A DNA stretch of 64,000 bases, taken from the NCBI GenBank assembly GCA_021513715.1, contig CP084167.1, forward strand, positions 1,856,001-1,920,000, written 5' to 3'. This document shows positions 57,196 to 64,000 of this stretch, one piece after another. Source of the DNA: Candidatus Heimdallarchaeum endolithica. GTDB lineage: Archaea > Asgardarchaeota > Heimdallarchaeia > Heimdallarchaeales > Heimdallarchaeaceae. The notes beneath the pieces are model-generated. The model was given only the letters and a program-made list of their open reading frames with translations, was not told the origin of the DNA and searched no databases. The position numbers and the translations under genes are program-made. How positions within the stretch are numbered: the stretch's first letter is position 1; each line of letters begins with the position of its first letter.

Positions 57196-57251
57196 CGTCT
57201 TATACCCATGGTTTGAAACCAATTTTGGCTCTAGATAACTAGAGTAAGACG
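57196..57251 (-). promoter_or_regulatory. Multi-stem structured leader immediately upstream of the rps17 RBS
   Basis: Outer stem CGTCTTA/TAAGACG enclosing hairpins TGGTT/AACCA and CTCTAG/CTAGAG. Confidence 0.5.
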
Positions 57252-57358
57252 TCATATTTTGCGTATATTTTACAATTAATTATGCTAATTACAGCCAAAA
57301 TTTTTCCTTTTTAATTGTTTTTATTGTTAAGATTTTTTAAACAAAAAAATAATTTTTT

Positions 57359-57652
57359 CTACCAAGAATATTTTTTTTTCTTCATCCTATCTTCAGGTTT
57401 TCCTAGAAGGTTTTCTCCATTGACTCTAACTGTTAATCCAGGTTCAATTGTAATTTTAAAGACAGAACCTTTTTTTGGAATAGTTCGAATCTTGTCTTGA
57501 GAAAGAACTTTTATCATATGTGCTGTTTCGTCGACGACAACACCACTAAGGTTTGAAAGTGATTCGATAGAACTTTTAACTATCTCAATATAATAACCGT
57601 GGATACCAACAGCAAGTTTTGCCCAGATGTACAATTTTTTATTAAAAATCAA
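57359..57652 (-). CDS. rnp1: RNase P protein Rpp29/POP4
   Basis: G.VVDET, IPKKGSVF, V.G..L.GKPEDR.K; located between rpl29 and rps17. Confidence 0.85.
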   Translation of the reverse strand: MIFNKKLYIWAKLAVGIHGYYIEIVKSSIESLSNLSGVVVDETAHMIKVLSQDKIRTIPKKGSVFKITIEPGLTVRVNGENLLGKPEDRMKKKKYSW

Positions 57653-57775
57653 ATCATCCCCATTAAATTTGAATCTATCTGCATAATTTATTAACCAGAT
57701 ACTACACTCAAAACGTCAATCAAGATAAATTAAAAACTTTGTTTTATAAAAGTGAGAGAAGAAATAAATAAAAAA

Positions 57776-57979
57776 TTAAAGTTCTCCTTCCTCTGTTAAT
57801 ATAGTTAAGATACGAGCAATTGTTCTTTTATATTCCTGAATTTGTCCTGGATTTTCAATGCTGCCTCCAGAAGCCAACTCAGATTTTACTTTGAAGAGCT
57901 TTTGTTTGTATTCCTCTAATTTTTTTAATTTTTGTTCTCTTGTTAATTTTCTTATTTCTGTAGGTTTAAGTTCACCCAT
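57776..57979 (-). CDS. rpl29: 50S ribosomal protein uL29
   Basis: EIR, GG..ENPG.I...KRTIARILT. Confidence 0.95.
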   Translation of the reverse strand: MGELKPTEIRKLTREQKLKKLEEYKQKLFKVKSELASGGSIENPGQIQEYKRTIARILTILTEEGEL

Positions 57980-57992
57980 ATTTCACACCTTC

Positions 57993-58958
57993 TTAATTAC
58001 TTTTTTTATCAACAAATTTCAGGATTGTTTTTCGAGTATCTCCTTCAACAAATTTATGGATTTCTTCAAGAGACATATTCTCCATTAATGCTTTAGCTTC
58101 CTTGACAGTATAATCTGTTGATTTTTTAGTATCTTCAACTTCAGCTTTTTCTTTTTTGATGTCTTCAACTTCAGTTTCACTAATTTCTTCAAGTTCAGCC
58201 ATCTCATCTATTTCATCAATTTCATCTACATCAGTTTCTTCAAGTTCAGCCATCTCATCTAATTCTTCAATTTGTTCTAATTCTTCAGAAAATTCCTCGA
58301 TTTCAGTTTCACCAACAACTTCTTCTTCGCCAATAGATATTTCTTTTGTATCTCTCGCAGTTGGCTCTGCAATAATTTCAATATCATCTGGTAATATAGC
58401 GTCGGGTCGCATAATTCGTACTTTCACACCAATTTTTCCTCTTCTAATAATAGCTGTAGCCTTTCCTTCATCAACAAAATCTGTAGCTGGAGCACCACAT
58501 TTAGCAACAAAACCTGCTCGAAATGTCTCCACCCTAGCTCTTTGGCTAGTGATCTTTCCACTTATTATTACTTCAACACCCTTTGCTCCTGCACTTAATA
58601 TTCTGCGCATAATCCCATGAGCAGAACGTCGAAAATGTCTTCCTCTTTCTAAAGAAGAGGCTAACCTATAAGCCATAACTCTTGCATCGAGATCTGGATT
58701 CTCAACTTGTGATACTTCAATTTGAGGGTTATCTAACTTAAATTGTTCTCTTAATGTATTGGTAATTGTTCTAATGGTTTTTCCTCGACCACCAATGGCA
58801 AGTCCAACACGACCTGCTCTCAAAATGACCCTATCTCCCAGAGGAGTACGTCGAATTTCACACCCTCCATATTCTGCTGTTTTAAGCTTTTTGGCTAAAT
58901 ATTCATCAATAGCGTTTCTTTTAATTTTTCTTGCGATAAAATCTTTTGTTGCTGGCAT
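57993..58958 (-). CDS. rps3: 30S ribosomal protein uS3 with long acidic linker and extra C-terminal domain
   Basis: RTPLG, IG.RG, LERG.HFRR, GAKG.E...SGK, G.KV.IM. Confidence 0.95.
   Translation of the reverse strand: MPATKDFIARKIKRNAIDEYLAKKLKTAEYGGCEIRRTPLGDRVILRAGRVGLAIGGRGKTIRTITNTLREQFKLDNPQIEVSQVENPDLDARVMAYRLASSLERGRHFRRSAHGIMRRILSAGAKGVEVIISGKITSQRARVETFRAGFVAKCGAPATDFVDEGKATAIIRRGKIGVKVRIMRPDAILPDDIEIIAEPTARDTKEISIGEEEVVGETEIEEFSEELEQIEELDEMAELEETDVDEIDEIDEMAELEEISETEVEDIKKEKAEVEDTKKSTDYTVKEAKALMENMSLEEIHKFVEGDTRKTILKFVDKKSN
58184..58261 (-). repeat. 27-bp exact direct repeat (period 51) in the rps3 acidic tail
   Basis: TTTCTTCAAGTTCAGCCATCTCATCTA at 58184-58210 and 58235-58261 (DEMAELEE). 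Confidence 0.85.
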
Positions 58959-58974
58959 AACTTCACCTATAATA

Positions 58975-59436
58975 TTAATCCTCGATTTCTGCTACAAGTT
59001 CTATATGAACATATTGTCGAACTTTTGGAGTTGACCTTCCGTGAGCCCTATAAAAGTAACGAGCTTCTTTAGAACCTTTTAAAGAAACAGCGTGAATTAT
59101 CTTAGCTTTATCAACTTGAAGCTGATTAGCTTCTACGTTATTTTCCAAATTCTCAACAACTTTCAAGATTTCTTTGGCAGCTTTAACTGGGTAACGTCCT
59201 GCAGACCATCCTTGTAAGTCACTCTTATGTCCAACGTTTCTCTTATAGCGTCTGTATGGAACGCTTCGCTTCTTAGCGATGACGTCCTCAAGATATTCTT
59301 TACACTGATCAATCTTCATACCTTTAATTGCTCTAAGAATCTCTCTAGCAGCTTTTGGTGATATATCAATATCCCTAGCTGAAGCTTTTGCGCTACGATC
59401 AGGGTCAGTTATTATACTGTATTTATATGAAGGCAA
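58975..59436 (-). CDS. rpl22: 50S ribosomal protein uL22
   Basis: ISPK.A.EI..AIKGM, VP.RRY, GRYPVKAA, RAHGR.TP, HIE. Confidence 0.96.
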   Translation of the reverse strand: MPSYKYSIITDPDRSAKASARDIDISPKAAREILRAIKGMKIDQCKEYLEDVIAKKRSVPYRRYKRNVGHKSDLQGWSAGRYPVKAAKEILKVVENLENNVEANQLQVDKAKIIHAVSLKGSKEARYFYRAHGRSTPKVRQYVHIELVAEIED

Positions 59437-59467
59437 CTTAATATCTCCTTTTTAATTATCTCTCTAA

Positions 59468-59538
59468 AGTGTGTGGTGAGTGTCCAATTTTTAAGGTTTG
59501 TTTTTACTCACTTTAATTCAAAGTGACAACCACACACT
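59468..59538 (-). promoter_or_regulatory. Structured leader upstream of rpl22
   Basis: Perfect 10-bp stem AGTGTGTGGT/ACCACACACT enclosing the 7-bp hairpin TCACTTT/AAAGTGA. Confidence 0.55.
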
Positions 59539-59670
59539 GAACATTTTCAACTTTTAAAAAATGTTTAAAACAATTTGGTTTGTCGAGAAAAAAAATCGAA
59601 AAAAATTAATATAAACTAAAAGGATTTAACAGAAAATTTTGAATAAAAAGTGAAAAGAAAAGAAAAATTA

Positions 59671-62130
59671 CTAAAACTCGAGATAAATAATTTGATTCTC
59701 ATCATCAAGAGTAATTTTCTTGGAATTTTTACTAAATGAAGAAGAATCATTACTTAAAGTCTCAATTGAGTGCATAGCTTTTAAATCAGCTGAAAAATCG
59801 TTTAATTCTGGAGGAATATAGGCACGTTTAATGGGAGTCTTAAGAGACAATCCCAGATCCTTCTTTTGTTTCCAAATAGTAGAATTTAATTTCAATATCA
59901 ACTCAGTACTTTCAGTAAACCTTGATTCACGAATTACATCATCTGGTTGAGGCATAGATTCTGTATGAACGGTTTTATCATACAATTCTCTATAAATGAA
60001 GTCAGTAACAAAAGGTATTATCGGAGCAAAAGCTTTCAATAAAATGTCTAAGACTTTATGAAGAGTAAAATGGGCGGATTTCTGTTCCTGTTCTGTGAAT
60101 TCATTGTTTCTATTATAGGCCCGACCTTTTACAATTTCTAAGTAATTAGAAGCAAAAAGATCCCAAGTAAATTTTCGTAAAGCCCTAGCAGGTTTGTGAA
60201 AATCAAATATTTCATAACCTTGTAAAGCATCCTCAATTGCCAAGCGCAATTCAGACAAAATCCATACATCAGTTGAAGTAAGAGAATTTTCGTCTATATC
60301 CTCAGCAGACGGAAAACCGCTGACAAATTTAGCAATATTATAAAATTTATTGATAAATTTAGCAATACCTTGTAATTTCTGCTCACTAAAACGGATATCA
60401 CTACCATGACTGGCTTCAGAAGCACCAAATAGGCGTAAAGCATCACCACCGTATTTAGCAATCATCTTCTCAGGTTTAACAATGTTACCTTTAGATTTAC
60501 TCATTTTCTCTCCTTTGTTATCAACAACATGCCCAGATATCCAAGTCTCTTTGAAAGCAGGTTTGTTGTACAACTGTAATGCACGAAGCATTGTATAGTG
60601 AAGCCAAGTCCTAACTATATCTTTACCTTGAGGGCGCATATCACAGATGTAGGGGCGAGAATTAAGTTTTTCAAATAATTCAAGATCTTTTTTATTATAA
60701 GGATACATTTGAATATAAATTTCAGAAATAGATGAATCCATCCAAGTATCAAAAGTCCGTGTATCACCAATAAAACCTTTAGATTCTCCACAGTGCTCAC
60801 ATTTATCAAAAGGAGGATCATCTCTCCAAGGCTGATAATAGGGACCAGGTTCAGGTAAACAAGGCTTTCCACAAGATTTACAATACCAAATGGGAATCTC
60901 GGTACCATAATATCTTCTTCTACTGATTGGCCAGTCAATAGAAACTCTATCTAACCAATCTAACCATATCTGCTTCATAAATTCAGGATAAAAAATTAAT
61001 TTGTCAGCATAAGATCTTAAAGTGTCAATGTAGTCAGTTTGTTTAAGATAATACTCAGGCATAGCCAAAAATTCGACAGGATTATCACAGCGAGAACAAA
61101 TAGGAAAGTTATGAGGAACGTCAGTTTCAGATTTAATGAACCCAAGCTCCCGAAGTTTATCAGCAATTTGTTTTCGAGCTTCTTTTACTTTCAAACCTTG
61201 AAATTCAGGAATATTCTCATTAATTTTACCATCAGTATCGATGACAGTCCTAGGTTCAAGTTGAAATTCACGAAAAACCTGCACATCACCAATATCACCA
61301 TAAGCGCAGACCATCAAAATGCCAGTACCGAAATCCATTTTAGCATAATGATGAGAGCGGATAGGAACTTCAACATTGAAGTAAGGAGCAATAGCAGTTT
61401 TGCCCTCCAAATGTTTGTAACGCTCATCTTTAGGATTAAAAATAACTACACCAATAGCAGGAATTAATTCAGGGCGAGAAGTGGCAATAATTAATTCTTC
61501 TCCAGTTTCTTTAACCTTAAAAGCAATATCATATAAAATATGAGTGCCTGGTTTATAATCAATCTCATTATCAGCTATAGTAGTTTTACAACGAGTACAG
61601 TAGTTATTGGGACGATCATCTTCATAAACCAAACCTTCACGGAAAAGTTTGATAAAAGTGCTTTGAGTAAGAGCACGGTATTGAGGGTGATCAGTCTTGT
61701 AAATTTCATCCCACTTAAAAGAATAGTTACTAAAGCCGAGAAATTTACAAACATTTAAAATCTCATCGCCAACACGATCTAAGATAATACGACATTTATC
61801 AAGAAAGTCCTCGCGAGGAATGTCATGCATAGATATTTTGAACTCTTTTTCAGTTTGTACCTCAACAGGAAGACCATTGCGATCTAAACACATAGGAAAA
61901 AGAACTTCATGACCAGTCATACGTTTATAGCGAGCAATCATATCAATACCGCTATAATGAATAGCCCCACCCATATGCCAAGGGGCGTTTGCATAAGGGG
62001 GAGGAGTGTCAACACTATAAATAGGCTTGCCAGAGTTCTTATTGAAAGCATAAGTTTTCTCTTTTTGCCATAATTCAAAGATTAACTGCTCATCTTTTAA
62101 TGGGTCATATCGCTTCTTTAATCGATTCAA
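59671..62130 (-). CDS. valS: Valine--tRNA ligase
   Basis: DTPPP, HMGG (HIGH-like), GTG..M.C..GD, DW.ISRRR, DTWMDS, QGKDI.RTW, KMSKS. Confidence 0.93.
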   Translation of the reverse strand: MNRLKKRYDPLKDEQLIFELWQKEKTYAFNKNSGKPIYSVDTPPPYANAPWHMGGAIHYSGIDMIARYKRMTGHEVLFPMCLDRNGLPVEVQTEKEFKISMHDIPREDFLDKCRIILDRVGDEILNVCKFLGFSNYSFKWDEIYKTDHPQYRALTQSTFIKLFREGLVYEDDRPNNYCTRCKTTIADNEIDYKPGTHILYDIAFKVKETGEELIIATSRPELIPAIGVVIFNPKDERYKHLEGKTAIAPYFNVEVPIRSHHYAKMDFGTGILMVCAYGDIGDVQVFREFQLEPRTVIDTDGKINENIPEFQGLKVKEARKQIADKLRELGFIKSETDVPHNFPICSRCDNPVEFLAMPEYYLKQTDYIDTLRSYADKLIFYPEFMKQIWLDWLDRVSIDWPISRRRYYGTEIPIWYCKSCGKPCLPEPGPYYQPWRDDPPFDKCEHCGESKGFIGDTRTFDTWMDSSISEIYIQMYPYNKKDLELFEKLNSRPYICDMRPQGKDIVRTWLHYTMLRALQLYNKPAFKETWISGHVVDNKGEKMSKSKGNIVKPEKMIAKYGGDALRLFGASEASHGSDIRFSEQKLQGIAKFINKFYNIAKFVSGFPSAEDIDENSLTSTDVWILSELRLAIEDALQGYEIFDFHKPARALRKFTWDLFASNYLEIVKGRAYNRNNEFTEQEQKSAHFTLHKVLDILLKAFAPIIPFVTDFIYRELYDKTVHTESMPQPDDVIRESRFTESTELILKLNSTIWKQKKDLGLSLKTPIKRAYIPPELNDFSADLKAMHSIETLSNDSSSFSKNSKKITLDDENQIIYLEF

Positions 62131-62280
62131 TAATTGTCACCCTTTAACTTCTTGTAAAAGTGTTCTTTTTTAAATTGAATGGTAAACAACATATTATTAA
62201 TAGTATAATCTAAGACAAAATAAAATTAATAATTAAGATAGAGTAAACTTAATTTATTTTAAAAAATACATAAATATAGA

Positions 62281-64000
62281 ATGAAAAAAGAAGAGAGATT
62301 GGAAATTGATATTTTTGAAAATTCAGAGAGTGGAATAGGAATAACAGATAAAGAAAATAAGTTCATATATGTAAACAATGCAGTTTGCAATCTTTTTGAA
62401 TACACAAAAGAAGAGTTTCTGAAGGGAGAAATAAAAGTAAATGATCTGTTTCCAAAAATATATCTAAAAAACCCAGCAGAAAAAGAATTTATCCCATTAA
62501 CAGAATATGAAATGGTAACTAAAAATGGAGAATTTATTAATGTGGCAGTAAGTAGCTCAAGAATAGCAAACTCAGAATTAAAATTACTCGTTTTTCAAGA
62601 CATGAGCTTAATAAATAAAGCTAAAAGAATGGGTATGTTAGAAATAATAAATTACGCAAAAAAGAATATAGGAATAATACATTATTCATTCGAAAATACA
62701 GGTCCAGAACTAATAGCAAAGGTAGATACAGAAAACTACCCAGAAGAAGTCATTAGAGCACTGCAATCAATGGGACTATATTATATGACAGCAATACAGA
62801 ATAAGAAAGGATTATTTGGACCATTACCAGTACCAGTAAAAGGAGAAGACTACCTAGCAATAGTCTATAGCTATGAAATAGAAACAAAAGAAGAAATAGA
62901 TAAAAGATTCAAGCAAAAAAAACCGTGTATAATCACATTAGTTTTTCCAAAAGTAATAGAATCGCTATTATCAAACAGGAGATACATAAGAGAAACAATA
63001 TCAGAAGTAATAAAAGAGAATTACCATAGAACGACGGATATACAAAGTATAAAAAATAGTTTAAGAAAAATAAAAACAAACCTTTTTGAAAATATAGAAA
63101 AACAAAAAGAGGAAAATACATTCGAAAGAAAAGTATTACAAATAAATCAATTCATAACAAGTTTTGGAGATGTAAAGATAAATGAGCAATTATATGCAAG
63201 AATATTAAAAATAGCGAAAAAAATATGCGATTTCAAAAGAATATCAATATTATTAATGGATTATCAAGTAAATGGGCTAAGGGTGGTAGAAGCAAGTGGA
63301 TATGAAAAAAATATTATAGATATGATAATAGATATAGACGCAAAGTCAATCGTAGCTAGAGCAGCTAGAACAAGGCAAACACAAAACATCCAAAACGTTC
63401 AGAAAGACAAGGACTATATAATGGTTGATCCAAGCGTGTTAGCAGAATTAGCAGTACCAGTAATATCACCAGTTAATGATAAAACAGTAGGAGTAATAAA
63501 CATCGAAAGCGAAATGGAAAAAGCTTTCAACCAAGAAGACGTGATATTGTTCGAGATGTTGGCAGAAAAAATAGCACTAGTATTGGCAATAGAAGAAACA
63601 GAAACAAAATATCTATCGCTACTGAATGTGCTAAGCTTTATAGCAGAAACTGAAGAATTAAAGTATAAAGAGTTAATTGGGAGGATAGGAGAATTTCTAA
63701 AGAAAACTCTTGGAATAAAGTGTGCAGCCCTTTTTATGACAGAGGAAGAAAACAAAAAAATTCTAAAAATGGAAGGAATAACAGGATACGAAGAAATACC
63801 AGAAGAACTAAAAAAAGTAAACATAGAAGACGAAAAAGGAGTAGTAGAAAAGTGCGCGAGAGAAAAAAAGGCATTAAACATAGGAAACGTGAAAGAAATA
63901 GATTATTATTTAGGCATAAACGAGAAAATAAAAAGTGAGATAGCAATACCGATAATAAAGGAAGGAGAACTAATAGGAGTAATAAACGCAAAAAGTGAAA
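62281..64000 (+). CDS. Multi-domain sensor: PAS, longin/uDENN-like segment, at least two GAF domains; runs off the window end
   Basis: Open frame from ATG 62281 (checked at several points): IFENS..GI.I.D....I.VN (PAS), YSFENTGP...GLFGPLPVP, ELAVP....VGVINIES...AF..ED and SEIAIPI....LIGVINA.S (GAF). Confidence 0.8.
   Translation, partial: MKKEERLEIDIFENSESGIGITDKENKFIYVNNAVCNLFEYTKEEFLKGEIKVNDLFPKIYLKNPAEKEFIPLTEYEMVTKNGEFINVAVSSSRIANSELKLLVFQDMSLINKAKRMGMLEIINYAKKNIGIIHYSFENTGPELIAKVDTENYPEEVIRALQSMGLYYMTAIQNKKGLFGPLPVPVKGEDYLAIVYSYEIETKEEIDKRFKQKKPCIITLVFPKVIESLLSNRRYIRETISEVIKENYHRTTDIQSIKNSLRKIKTNLFENIEKQKEENTFERKVLQINQFITSFGDVKINEQLYARILKIAKKICDFKRISILLMDYQVNGLRVVEASGYEKNIIDMIIDIDAKSIVARAARTRQTQNIQNVQKDKDYIMVDPSVLAELAVPVISPVNDKTVGVINIESEMEKAFNQEDVILFEMLAEKIALVLAIEETETKYLSLLNVLSFIAETEELKYKELIGRIGEFLKKTLGIKCAALFMTEEENKKILKMEGITGYEEIPEELKKVNIEDEKGVVEKCAREKKALNIGNVKEIDYYLGINEKIKSEIAIPIIKEGELIGVINAKSE

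Noticed and set aside
57178-57255. N-terminal extension of uS17
   Set aside because: RBS and homology point to ATG 57177; the region is better explained as a structured leader.
213-63991. Numerous short antisense or overlapping ORFs in the track (e.g. 43401..43775, 58156..58620, 61039..61467, 63414..63881)
   Set aside because: Shadows of real genes with F/S/I-rich composition caused by biased codon usage.

Overview
AT-rich archaeal DNA, most consistent with an Asgard (Heimdallarchaeia-like) genome. It combines archaeal information-processing genes (Rpo7/Spt4, TFB, RadA, PolB1, Cbf5, ValRS, a fragmented ribosomal superoperon, an intron-containing tRNA-Ser) with eukaryotic-signature proteins (Rab-like GTPase, ubiquitin E2, gelsolin domain, EMC3/TMCO1, probable TRAP-beta-like protein). 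It also holds a preQ0/archaeosine cluster, two intact IS elements and two inteins (Cbf5, PolB). The most unusual feature is about 7 kb of foreign DNA between rpl15 and secY. It contains two diverged direct copies of a ~1.07-kb module (3' end of a very large unknown gene + spacer/RBS + first 79 codons of secY), separated by an LRR gene. One copy supplies the 5' end of the intact secY. The other is cut at exactly the same nucleotide, and both look selected as SecY N-termini. Inside secY, codon usage flips abruptly from A-ending to T-ending at that nucleotide. This suggests tandem integrations of a secY-targeting element that carries a replacement 5' end of the gene, with a strand-symmetric compositional signature at the target. 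No integrase is visible in the window. All calls are by-eye motif recognition with no database searches.
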